Assembly (NCBI GenBank): GCA_003525075.1
Contig: DQFO01000014.1
Span: 64,032 to 128,031, forward strand
Direction of reading: 5' to 3'
Source: Clostridiales bacterium
GTDB lineage: Bacteria > Bacillota > Clostridia > TANB77 > CAG-508
DNA: 64,000 nucleotides
Shown here: piece after piece, positions 28,461-37,403 of the stretch
Position numbering within the stretch: position 1 is the first letter of the stretch
How the letters are laid out: every line of letters begins with the position of its first letter
Position numbers and translations under genes: made by a program
Notes under the pieces: generated by a model
What the model was told of the DNA's origin: nothing
The model's input: only the letters and a program-made list of their open reading frames with translations
Database searches by the model: none

Positions 28461-28469
28461 ATTAAAATC

Positions 28470-29396
28470 TTATTCATGTCTTCTATCAACTGCATAACTA
28501 CTTCCAATAATAGATTTTGCAACATGTTTTACTTGTGCTCCTATTTCACCTATTTCCAATATATTGGCAAATCTATCCTTATCTGCAATTACAGCTCCTA
28601 TAGAAATTGATGTTAAAGAAAATTGTTCTATAATTCCTTTTCTATTTGCAACCTCTATATATCCTTTTTCTAGATCCTCTTCAGTAAAGAATTTTGTTAC
28701 CCCTTCATCAAAGTTAGCAATTATTAATTGGCATATATTATCAACATCTAATGTTGGAACGATTGCTATAAAATCATCTCCACCTATATGCCCTATAAAA
28801 TAATTTTCCTTAAAACTTTGATGAATACATTTTAAAATTGTATCTGCTGTATATTCAATTATTTGATCTCCTTTTAAAAATCCATATACATCATTATATG
28901 CTTTAAAATTATCCAAATCTAAATATAAAACTGAAAATTCCTCTTTATTTGTAATTCTTTTCTTCAATTCTGCATGAATTTGTACATTTCCTGGTAAACC
29001 TGTTAATGGACTTATTCTTCTATTCATTTTCAATAATCTATCTAAGTTTTTTATTGTATAATACAAATATTCTGTATCAACTGGTTTTTTTATATAATAT
29101 TCAACTGATTGTTCTAAAACTTCTAATTTATGATATTTATCAGTATTTGATGACACAACAATTATTGGTGTTATTTGATTATCTTCATCTGTTCTTATCT
29201 GTTTACATAGGCCTGTAATATCTCTATCTATTGAATCTTCATTTATAATTATCAAAAAAGGTATATTTTTTAATGTTATATCTATTTGTTCAGTTTTTAC
29301 TCCAATAAATTTGAACTCTTTATCATTTCTAAATAATTCTTTAAAAATCGGAATAGATGATTCATCATCATCTATTACATATATATCTTGTGCCAT
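28470..29396 (-). CDS. Response-regulator-like protein: pseudo-receiver domain plus degenerate GGDEF (GGDDF) domain
   Basis: The REC landmarks are VIDDDE, IIVVSS and YIKKP, but the phospho-acceptor position aligns to N in FLIIINEDS. The GGDEF-type region has PLTGLPGN, YLDLDNFKAYND and HIGGDDFIAIV. Confidence 0.75.
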   Translation of the reverse strand: MAQDIYVIDDDESSIPIFKELFRNDKEFKFIGVKTEQIDITLKNIPFLIIINEDSIDRDITGLCKQIRTDEDNQITPIIVVSSNTDKYHKLEVLEQSVEYYIKKPVDTEYLYYTIKNLDRLLKMNRRISPLTGLPGNVQIHAELKKRITNKEEFSVLYLDLDNFKAYNDVYGFLKGDQIIEYTADTILKCIHQSFKENYFIGHIGGDDFIAIVPTLDVDNICQLIIANFDEGVTKFFTEEDLEKGYIEVANRKGIIEQFSLTSISIGAVIADKDRFANILEIGEIGAQVKHVAKSIIGSSYAVDRRHE

Positions 29397-29421
29397 ATTT
29401 TCCCTCGTTTCTTATTTTATT

Positions 29422-30393
29422 CTATGGTAAACTACATTGTGCCTTCTTTGAAGTTGTCAAATTCTCATTTGATGCCTCTATTATTAATTTATTATCAAAT
29501 CCTTTTTGTAGTACAATTTCTGTTGTATATTCACTTGAATTTACATCTATATTTACTTTTTCTTCATCATTTAAAGTTATTTTTACATTTTTTAGTATAA
29601 CTTCGTCTTTTATTGATATTGAATAATAAACATTTCCATCAAGCTTCTTTATCGCTTGAACTTTTATTTCTGGTACTTTTGCTCCAATTACTACTTGTGT
29701 TTTTTCTGTTTTTATTCCTTTATCATCTATTACTTCTATTTTTAGCGTATGTTTTCCAACTGGTGCTATAATTCTTTCTGAATATTGTGTTGAATTAACT
29801 TCTATTACTTTCTCTTGTTCATCATCCCATTTATATGATACTTTCTTTATTTTTTCAACTGATGTAACTGTTAATTTTACAGCATTATCCACATTATTTA
29901 AATCTATTTGTGCTAAATTACCTACAGTATATTCTTGTTCATATTCTACAAGATGATTCATTTCATCTGTTGCTTTTACAACTATCTTGTTTTTTCCTCC
30001 ATCCAATTTTACTGTAGTTTTTATATCTTGTTGATTATTTCCTTCAATAACTTTTTCATCTTGATTGTTTAGTGTATATATAACTTGTGTTATTCCTTTT
30101 GGATGGTGAACTGAAATGTCAACAGAACTTTCATCTTCATTAAAACTAAAATTAACTACTGGTGTTGCATTTTCTTCAATATTTTTATTTATTTTGTCTT
30201 TTGCATATATACTTCCAGCAATAATACATATCCCTAAAATTAATATACTTATTGCAAAAAAGATTACTATTTTATTTATTTCAATAACTGATTTTTCTTT
30301 ATATACTTTTTGTTTTTTATTTTGATTATAATTTCCATAGTTTATATTATTATTTTTGAATTGTTCTTCACCTGTATCTAATATTTGATTCAT
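29422..30393 (-). CDS. Single-pass membrane protein with repeated beta-rich (Ig-like) extracellular modules
   Basis: 323 aa with a cytoplasmic N-rich N-terminus and the TM helix IVIFFAISILILGICIIAGSIYA. About three ~80-aa beta-strand-pattern modules follow. It lies 25 nt upstream of the REC-GGDEF gene. Confidence 0.5.
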   Translation of the reverse strand: MNQILDTGEEQFKNNNINYGNYNQNKKQKVYKEKSVIEINKIVIFFAISILILGICIIAGSIYAKDKINKNIEENATPVVNFSFNEDESSVDISVHHPKGITQVIYTLNNQDEKVIEGNNQQDIKTTVKLDGGKNKIVVKATDEMNHLVEYEQEYTVGNLAQIDLNNVDNAVKLTVTSVEKIKKVSYKWDDEQEKVIEVNSTQYSERIIAPVGKHTLKIEVIDDKGIKTEKTQVVIGAKVPEIKVQAIKKLDGNVYYSISIKDEVILKNVKITLNDEEKVNIDVNSSEYTTEIVLQKGFDNKLIIEASNENLTTSKKAQCSLP

Positions 30394-30427
30394 TTTTTCA
30401 CCTCATGTTTTTTTATTTCTATGTTGA

Positions 30428-30456
30428 ATTATAACATATTGATTTTTAGTTGTAAA
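30428..30456 (-). promoter_or_regulatory. SigA-type promoter for the 29422-30393 / REC-GGDEF operon
   Basis: On the minus strand: TTTACA (30451-30456), 17-nt spacer, TATAAT (30428-30433). Confidence 0.5.
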
Positions 30457-30501
30457 TAGTAAGATTTAATAAAATTTTTTCCTATTTTATTATTATTACA
30501 C

Positions 30502-30543
30502 AAATCAAAAGACTAGATTATTGTAAATCTAGTCTTTTGATTT
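30502..30543 (-). terminator. Intrinsic terminator after ldh
   Basis: 18-bp perfect inverted repeat aaatcaaaagactagatt (30502-30519) / aatctagtcttttgattt (30526-30543) abutting the ldh stop codon. Confidence 0.7.
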
Positions 30544-31499
30544 TATTGTTTTAACATTGGATCAATTTCATTTTTTATATTTTCTTTCATTATATCACAA
30601 CTATGATCAAATTTTGCTTGATCTTCATTGCTAAGTTTTAATTTCAATATTTCTTTTACACCATTTTTATTTATTATTGCTGGAACTCCTATATATAAAC
30701 CTTCTTGTTCATATTCTCCATTTTGATATGTTGAAACTGTTAATATTGCATTTTCGTCATTTAAAACTGCTTTCACTAATCTATTTAATGCCATACCAAT
30801 TCCATAATATGTTGCTCTCTTTTTATCAATTATTTCATATGCTGCTTTCCATACTCCATCATGAATTTTCTTTAAATCTTCCATTGGATAATTATTGTCT
30901 TCCATAATATCAACCATTTTTTTACATCCAACATAGCAATGCTCCCATGGAACAAATGATGAATCACCATGTTCTCCTAATATATATGCATGTACATTTT
31001 TACTTGAAACATCTAAGTATTCTGCAATTAAATATCTTAAACGTGCTGTATCTAATACTGTTCCAGATCCTATTACCTTTGATGTTGGTAAACCTGACAC
31101 TTTTGAAACAACATATGACATTAAGTCTACTGGGTTACTTGCAATTATAAATACTCCATTAAATCCACTCGCCATTACTTGTTCTGTTATTTCTTTTACT
31201 ATTTTTGTATTAGCTACTGCTAATTCTAATCTAGATTGTCCTGGTTTTTGTGGTAATCCAGCTGTTATAACAACTACATTAGCATCTTTACATTCAGAAT
31301 AATCTCCTGCTTTTATTGTCATTTTTTGTGGGGCATATGGTAATCCATGTGATAAATCCATTTCCTCACCTTTTGCTTTATCTTTTAATACATCTATTAG
31401 TACAAGTTCATCTACTCCTCCTTGGTTTAGCATTGCATATGCCATACTCATTCCAACAAAACCTGTTCCTACTAATACTACTTTTTTATTTGTATCCAT
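30543..31499 (-). CDS. ldh: L-lactate dehydrogenase
   Basis: VVLVGTGFVGMSMAYAM (NAD-binding GxGxxG) and the GEHGDS catalytic loop. The likely start is MDTNKK at 31499, after GGAAAGGAATGTGA. The ORF track extends to 31556. Confidence 0.95.
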   Translation of the reverse strand: MDTNKKVVLVGTGFVGMSMAYAMLNQGGVDELVLIDVLKDKAKGEEMDLSHGLPYAPQKMTIKAGDYSECKDANVVVITAGLPQKPGQSRLELAVANTKIVKEITEQVMASGFNGVFIIASNPVDLMSYVVSKVSGLPTSKVIGSGTVLDTARLRYLIAEYLDVSSKNVHAYILGEHGDSSFVPWEHCYVGCKKMVDIMEDNNYPMEDLKKIHDGVWKAAYEIIDKKRATYYGIGMALNRLVKAVLNDENAILTVSTYQNGEYEQEGLYIGVPAIINKNGVKEILKLKLSNEDQAKFDHSCDIMKENIKNEIDPMLKQ

Positions 31500-31562
31500 A
31501 AAAATCACATTCCTTTCCCATTTGTTTTTGAACATTATAATTATAGCACATATCACTAATTT

Positions 31563-33266
31563 TTAAACTATTTTTTTATTAAATTCTTTTAATTTTTCTT
31601 CAACTTCACTTGTAGTTCCTAACTTTAATATTTCTTCTGCTAATTTTTCACATTCTTTTTTATCTAACATATTAACAATTTTTCTTGAATTTAATATTTT
31701 ATTAGGATTCATTGAAAATTCATCTAATCCTAACCCCACTAATAATGGTATTAATAATTCATCACTAGCTGCTTCTCCACACATTCCGCAAAATATTCCA
31801 GCCTTATGTGCCCCATCTATTGATGATTTTATTAATCTTATAACTGCTGGATGATATTTTGAATATAAATTTGATATTTTTTCATTTCCTCTTTCTACTG
31901 CAACGGTGTATTGAATTAAATCGTTTGTTCCTATACTAAAGAAATCACATTCTTTTGCAATTTCTTCTGCAATAATTGCTACAGATGGTATTTCTACCAT
32001 TATTCCTGTTTTTATATCTTTTTTATATTCTTTTCCTTCATTATCTAATTCTTTCTTACATTCTTCTACAACTGCTTTTGCTCTTCTTAATTCTTCTATT
32101 GAAGAAATCATTGGAAACATTATTGCAATATTTCCATATGCACTTGCTCTTAATAATGCTCTTATTTGTGGCTTAAATATTTCAGGATTATCTAGGCATA
32201 ATCTAATTGCTCTATATCCTAAAAATGGATTTGCTTCTTTTTCCATTTTTAAATATTTAATTTCTTTATCTCCTCCAACATCTAGTGTTCTTATTATTAC
32301 TTGTTTTCCTTGCATTTTTTCAGCAACTTCTTTATATGAATTAAATTGTTCTTCTTCTGTTGGCATTTCTTCACTATCCATATATAAAAATTCACTTCTT
32401 AATAATCCAATTCCTTCTGCTGTATTTTTTAAAACTAATTCCACATCTGCTGGTGTTCCTATGTTTGATACAAGTTCAACTTTAAATCCATCTTTTGTCT
32501 TACTTTCTGAATTTTTATATTTTTCTAATTCAACTTTACTTTCAATAAAATCTTTTTGGATTTTTATTAAATTTTGTTGTTGTTCTTCTGTTGGATTTTC
32601 AAAGATTTCTCCACTTCCTCCATTTATGGCTACATATTCTCCATTTTTTAATATTGTTGTTGCATTTTCTACTTTTGTTACTGCTGGAAGCAAATGAGTT
32701 CTTGCCATAATTGATGTATGAGAATTTTCTCCACCAACTTCTGTAATTATTCCTGATATATTCTTAAAATCTAATTTTGCTGTATCTGATGTTGTAAGTT
32801 CTTTTGCAACTATTATTGTATTATTTTTTAATTTACTCAAATCTATCTTTTCTTCATTATATAATTTTGATATTATTCTATCTTTTATATCTGCAATATC
32901 TCTAGCTCTTCCAGACATATATTCATCATCCATATTTTCAAATATTTGTATTACAGAATTAAATCCCATTTCTGTGGCATATTCTGCATTTATTTTTGAA
33001 TTTTTAATTTGACTTTCTGTTTCTAAAATTAATGATGGATCTTGCATAATCATCAAATATGCTGTCATAATTTCTTTTTCTGTTCCTCTTGCCTTTTCTA
33101 CAATTTGATTAGTTTCATTTATTACCTCTTCTAGAGCTTTATGAAATCGTTCTAATTCTTTATCTGAATCTTCTACAATATTTTTTTCTATTTTTCTTAT
33201 TTCATTTTTCAAAATAACAATATTTCCAAAACCAATACCTACAGAAACTCCTTTTCCTTTTATCAT
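31563..33266 (-). CDS. ptsI: Phosphoenolpyruvate-protein phosphotransferase (PTS Enzyme I)
   Basis: GGENSHTSIMAR (active-site His) and the C-terminal PEP-utilising domain FFSIGTNDLIQY. The likely start is MIKGKG at 33266, after AGGAAGGAATGTGA. Confidence 0.95.
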   Translation of the reverse strand: MIKGKGVSVGIGFGNIVILKNEIRKIEKNIVEDSDKELERFHKALEEVINETNQIVEKARGTEKEIMTAYLMIMQDPSLILETESQIKNSKINAEYATEMGFNSVIQIFENMDDEYMSGRARDIADIKDRIISKLYNEEKIDLSKLKNNTIIVAKELTTSDTAKLDFKNISGIITEVGGENSHTSIMARTHLLPAVTKVENATTILKNGEYVAINGGSGEIFENPTEEQQQNLIKIQKDFIESKVELEKYKNSESKTKDGFKVELVSNIGTPADVELVLKNTAEGIGLLRSEFLYMDSEEMPTEEEQFNSYKEVAEKMQGKQVIIRTLDVGGDKEIKYLKMEKEANPFLGYRAIRLCLDNPEIFKPQIRALLRASAYGNIAIMFPMISSIEELRRAKAVVEECKKELDNEGKEYKKDIKTGIMVEIPSVAIIAEEIAKECDFFSIGTNDLIQYTVAVERGNEKISNLYSKYHPAVIRLIKSSIDGAHKAGIFCGMCGEAASDELLIPLLVGLGLDEFSMNPNKILNSRKIVNMLDKKECEKLAEEILKLGTTSEVEEKLKEFNKKIV

Positions 33267-33293
33267 TTTTATCACATTCCTTCCTAACATATT

Positions 33294-33325
33294 AAATGCC
33301 TATAATAAAATTATTATAGGCATTT
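33294..33325 (-). promoter_or_regulatory. Intercistronic stem-loop between ptsH and ptsI
   Basis: 13-bp perfect stem aaatgcctataat (33294-33306) / attataggcattt (33313-33325). On the minus (mRNA) strand the U-run precedes rather than follows the stem, so it is more likely a processing/stability element than a full terminator. Confidence 0.4.
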
Positions 33326-33329
33326 TTTA

Positions 33330-33593
33330 TTATTCTCCAAAGTTATTTTCAAAAGCTTGTAAAAGCTCTTTCATTGCAGATTCTTCGTCTGCTCCATCAC
33401 ATTGAATTTCAATTTCTGTACTTGATTTAATTCCAGCTGCCATAATATTTAAGATTGATTTTGCATTAATTGTTTTTCCATTTGCAATTAAGCTTATTGT
33501 ACTTTGATATTTTGATGCGATTTTTACTATTTCTGATGCAGGTCTTGCATGTAAACCTGTTTCATTTTTTAATGTAATTTTTTCTGTTTTCAT
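33330..33593 (-). CDS. ptsH: Phosphocarrier protein HPr
   Basis: 87 aa. GLHARPAS (His15 site) and KSILNIM (Ser46 region). Confidence 0.95.
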   Translation of the reverse strand: MKTEKITLKNETGLHARPASEIVKIASKYQSTISLIANGKTINAKSILNIMAAGIKSSTEIEIQCDGADEESAMKELLQAFENNFGE

Positions 33594-33613
33594 ATTTTAT
33601 CTCATTCCTTCCA

Positions 33614-35527
33614 TTATTTTTTATCATATTCAGGTAAGTTTTTCTTTAATTTTGCCATAATCATAGTTGATACAACTGTTCCTACAGCAATTGCTAATAA
33701 ATATAATAAAGGATGTCCTATTGTTGCTACAACAAATATTCCTCCGTGTGGTGCCATCAATGTACAATTAAATATCATTGATAATGCCCCTGTTACTGCT
33801 GAACCAACAACAAATGCTGGTAATGTTCTTAATGGATCTGCAGATGCAAATGGTATTGCACCTTCTGATATAAATGAAAGTCCCATTATATAATTAACAT
33901 ATGCTGCTTGTTTATCTTTTTTAGATATTTTCTTTGGAAATGCTGTTGCTAAAAATGCGATTGCAAGTGGTGGTACCATTCCTCCAGCCATTACTGCTGC
34001 CATTATTTCATATTGACCTGATGCTAACATTCCTGTTCCAAATGTATATGCTGCTTTATTAATAGGTCCTCCTAGGTCTATTGCCATCATTCCACCTAAG
34101 ATTGCGCCTAAAACAACTTTATTTGCAGTTCCCATTGATGATAAGTAATTATTTATTGCTGTATTTATTGCTCCAACATATGGGTTAATTAATAACATAA
34201 ATGCTCCAATAAGTAAAATTCCAAATACTGGATATAATAAGATTGTTTTTATTCCCTCTATACTGTCTGGTAAATAACTGCAAATTTTCTTTAATAATAT
34301 TACAATATATCCACCAACAAAACCTGCTATTAAAGCTCCTAAAAATCCTGAACTTACAAGTACAACTGAACTATCTGTTAATGATGCAAATGTTGTTCCT
34401 TGAACTGCTAAAATTCCTCCAACAAATCCAACTGCTAAACCTGGTCTATCTGCAATACTCATTGCTATATACCCAGCCAATATATATAACATTACATTAA
34501 ATGCTGCTCCTCCGACTGTTTTAAAGAATGCAGCTACTGGTGTATTCATACCAAAATTAGATGGATTTATTGAATAATCATCTAATAAAAATGCTATTGC
34601 AATTAAAATACCTCCACCTACAACAAATGGTAACATATGTGTAACACCATTCATTAAATGTTTGTATATTTTTGTTCCAAATCCTTCTTTTTCATCTGAA
34701 TCACTATTTTGAGATTTATTGCTTGAATGATATATTTTTGCATCACTTGATAATACACGTTCTATTAACTCTTGTGGTCTATTAATTCCATCTGCAACTT
34801 TTGCCTTTATTAATTTTTTGCCATCAAATCTTGACAAATCAATCTTTGTGTCTGCAGCAATTATTACTGCTTTTGCATTTTTTATTTCTTCTTTTGTAAA
34901 TTTATTTTTCACACCTGAAGAACCATGTGTTTCTACTTTTACTTTATGTCCTAATTGTTCTCCCATTTTTTCTAATGCTTCTGCTGCCATATATGTATGA
35001 GCAATTCCTGTAGGACATGATGTAATAGCTAATATTTCATATTCATCATTTTTCTTTGTTTGTGATAATTTTGCATTTTCTGCAATATCTATATATCTTA
35101 GAAATTCTTCTGGAGTTTTTGCTTCCATTAGAGACTTCCTAAATTCTGTATCCATCAATAATGTTGATAATCTACTTAATACATCTAAATGTACATTATC
35201 TTTTGTATTTGGTGCGGCAATTAAAAATAATAATTTTGCAGGCTGTCCATCTAATGAATCAAATTCTACTCCATCATTTATTACCATTGCTGATAATCCT
35301 GGTTTTGAAACTGCATCTGTTTTTCCATGTGGTATTGCAATTCCTTCTCCAATTCCTGTTGACCCTTCTTCTTCTCTTTTTAATACAACTTGTGTGTATT
35401 TTTCTTTGTCTGTTAAGTTTCCATTTTTCGCCATTAAATCTACTAATTTATTAATAGCATCTTGTTTACTATTTGCTATGCCATTTAATTTTATAGCATC
35501 TTTGCTAAGTAAATCTGTAATTTTCAT
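33614..35527 (-). CDS. fruA: PTS fructose-specific transporter subunit IIABC
   Basis: IIA region GIAIPHG, IIB region ILAITSCPTGIAHTYMAAEAL, and a polytopic IIC domain. The likely start is MKITDLL at 35527. Confidence 0.9.
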   Translation of the reverse strand: MKITDLLSKDAIKLNGIANSKQDAINKLVDLMAKNGNLTDKEKYTQVVLKREEEGSTGIGEGIAIPHGKTDAVSKPGLSAMVINDGVEFDSLDGQPAKLLFLIAAPNTKDNVHLDVLSRLSTLLMDTEFRKSLMEAKTPEEFLRYIDIAENAKLSQTKKNDEYEILAITSCPTGIAHTYMAAEALEKMGEQLGHKVKVETHGSSGVKNKFTKEEIKNAKAVIIAADTKIDLSRFDGKKLIKAKVADGINRPQELIERVLSSDAKIYHSSNKSQNSDSDEKEGFGTKIYKHLMNGVTHMLPFVVGGGILIAIAFLLDDYSINPSNFGMNTPVAAFFKTVGGAAFNVMLYILAGYIAMSIADRPGLAVGFVGGILAVQGTTFASLTDSSVVLVSSGFLGALIAGFVGGYIVILLKKICSYLPDSIEGIKTILLYPVFGILLIGAFMLLINPYVGAINTAINNYLSSMGTANKVVLGAILGGMMAIDLGGPINKAAYTFGTGMLASGQYEIMAAVMAGGMVPPLAIAFLATAFPKKISKKDKQAAYVNYIMGLSFISEGAIPFASADPLRTLPAFVVGSAVTGALSMIFNCTLMAPHGGIFVVATIGHPLLYLLAIAVGTVVSTMIMAKLKKNLPEYDKK

Positions 35528-35600
35528 AACATTCATCCTTTCTTTAGTTTTTCTATATAAAGACCTTTAAGCTATATCTTAAAGAATTTTATAAACTTAT

Positions 35601-36542
35601 TTATATTTTTTCTATAGTAATTTGTTTTAATAATCCATTAATTTCTTCATTCATTGCCAATCCTGCTGAAAAAGCTGTTGCACTTCCTGATGCAATTCCT
35701 AATTTTAGAGCTTCTTTGTAATCTTTTTTTTTCAAATATCCTGCTACAAAACCAGCAACCATTGAGTCTCCTGCACCCACTGTATTTATAACTTGTCCTT
35801 TTGGTGTATTTGAATAATATACTTCGTTTTTTTCTGTAAGTAATATTGCTCCATCTCCACCAAGTGATATAAGTACATTTTGAGCACCTTTTTCTTGAAG
35901 CTTTTTAGCATAAATTATTATTTCTTCTTTTGTTTCTATTTTTGTATTAAATGTTTCTTCTAATTCTTCTTTATTTGGTTTTATAAAAAATGGTTTATAT
36001 TTTAAGCAATTCATTAATAATTTTTGCGATGCATCTACTACAAATTTTACATTCTTTCCATCTAATTCTTTACATATTATTTCATATATATTTTCATTTA
36101 TACATTTTGGAATATTTCCAGATAATATTACTATATCATTTGAATTAATATTTTGTATTTTCTGTAACAATTTTTCAATATCATTTTCTGTAATTTCTGG
36201 TCCATTACCATTTAATGCTGTCTCACTTTCTTGTATTAATGAATTTTTTTCTAATGAGCTAATCTTTACATTTATTCTAGTATATCCTCTGTTCGTTTCA
36301 ATAAATTCCGTTTCTATATTATATTGTCGTATTTTTCTTTCTAATTCTTTTCCAGTAAATCCTGCTATAAAAGAAAGTGCCGTATTTTCTATTCCTAATC
36401 TTTTTAAAATTATTGACACATTTAACCCTTTTCCTCCGGCTAATATATTTTCTGATTTTGTTCTATTTATTTTTCCTATTTCAAATTTTTCAACTTGTAC
36501 TGTATAGTCTAAAGCAGGATTAAATGTTATTGTATATATCAT
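35601..36542 (-). CDS. fruK: 1-phosphofructokinase
   Basis: MIYTITFNPALDY start, GGKGLNVS and GAGDSMVAG (PfkB family motifs). Immediately upstream of fruA. Confidence 0.9.
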   Translation of the reverse strand: MIYTITFNPALDYTVQVEKFEIGKINRTKSENILAGGKGLNVSIILKRLGIENTALSFIAGFTGKELERKIRQYNIETEFIETNRGYTRINVKISSLEKNSLIQESETALNGNGPEITENDIEKLLQKIQNINSNDIVILSGNIPKCINENIYEIICKELDGKNVKFVVDASQKLLMNCLKYKPFFIKPNKEELEETFNTKIETKEEIIIYAKKLQEKGAQNVLISLGGDGAILLTEKNEVYYSNTPKGQVINTVGAGDSMVAGFVAGYLKKKDYKEALKLGIASGSATAFSAGLAMNEEINGLLKQITIEKI

Positions 36543-36635
36543 ATTTTCACATTCCTTTCCTCTTTTGTTCTCATTTCCAATTTGATAATATCATAATCTT
36601 ATTTTTTTTACAATAGATTTTTTCATTTTAGACCT

Positions 36636-36673
36636 AAAAAAAGAACCACAATTTTTCAATATAATTGTGATTC
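36636..36673 (-). terminator. Intrinsic terminator after the carD-like gene
   Basis: 11-bp stem (gaaccacaatt / aattgtgattc, one U-G pair) followed on the minus strand by a U7 run (plus-strand A-run 36636-36642). Confidence 0.6.
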
Positions 36674-36688
36674 CGACTTTTTTCTTTT

Positions 36689-37252
36689 TTATCCGTTAAA
36701 TGGTATAAATTTATTTACTATACTTCCTGCTGATGCTTTTCCAATTTCTCCATCATCTGTTCTAAACATTGCATATGAAGAATTTATTTTACTATCTATT
36801 AATTCTTCTACTTCATTTTGTGTTGAATTTTCTGCAAAAACAAGTTCGCTTACAAGTATTTGTTTTGCATTATATAACATTTTCTTTTCACCTGTTGATA
36901 AACCTTTTTCTTTTTGTTTAAAACTTAAATTTCTGACAACATCTGCGATTTCATAAATGTTTCCACTTTTCATTTTGTCCATATTTTCTCTATAACGTTT
37001 ATTCCAATTCTTTTCCATTTCTGTTTCATCTTGTTCTAATACTGACATAACTTTTTGTGCTTCTTCTTTATTTATTACACTTCTTATACCATGTTCTTCA
37101 GCTGTTGCTGTTGGTATCATTACCTTAACTTCTCCAGGCATTTCTAATATATAATATGATTGTTTTTCCTCCATTACTTCTCTTTCTTCTATTGCTACAA
37201 TTCTTCCTGCTCCATGCATTGGGTATACAACTTCGTCTCCTACATTATACAT
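36689..37252 (-). CDS. CarD/CdnL-family RNA-polymerase-binding transcription regulator with C-terminal extension
   Basis: MYNVGDEVVYPMHGAGRIVAIEEREVMEEKQSYYILE is the CarD N-terminal Tudor-like domain. The likely start is at 37252; the ORF track extends to 37297. Confidence 0.8.
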   Translation of the reverse strand: MYNVGDEVVYPMHGAGRIVAIEEREVMEEKQSYYILEMPGEVKVMIPTATAEEHGIRSVINKEEAQKVMSVLEQDETEMEKNWNKRYRENMDKMKSGNIYEIADVVRNLSFKQKEKGLSTGEKKMLYNAKQILVSELVFAENSTQNEVEELIDSKINSSYAMFRTDDGEIGKASAGSIVNKFIPFNG

Positions 37253-37341
37253 GTCTTTCTCTCCTCTCAGTAAATTTATTTGGCATATTTCAATCATAAA
37301 ATTTTTTTTTTAGATTTTTTTAACCTTCTTTATTATACCAC

Positions 37342-37377
37342 AAAAAATGGCAAAAGTCAAAGCATTTGCCATTTTTT
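37342..37377 (-). terminator. Intrinsic terminator after dut
   Basis: 13-bp perfect stem aaaaaatggcaaa (37342-37354) / tttgccatttttt (37365-37377) with a 10-nt loop. Confidence 0.6.
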
Positions 37378-37403
37378 CTAATTTTTTTATTGCTAATTTT
37401 AAA

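Noticed and set aside
31500-36565. A recurring GGAAAGGAATGTGA-like motif upstream of ldh, ptsI and fruK, considered as a shared operator or cre-like site.
   Set aside because: It sits at fixed SD distance from each start. It is complementary to the extended 3' end of 16S rRNA (AGAAAGGAGGTGATC), so it is best explained as an extended Shine-Dalgarno. No cre (TGWAANCGNTNWCA) match was seen.
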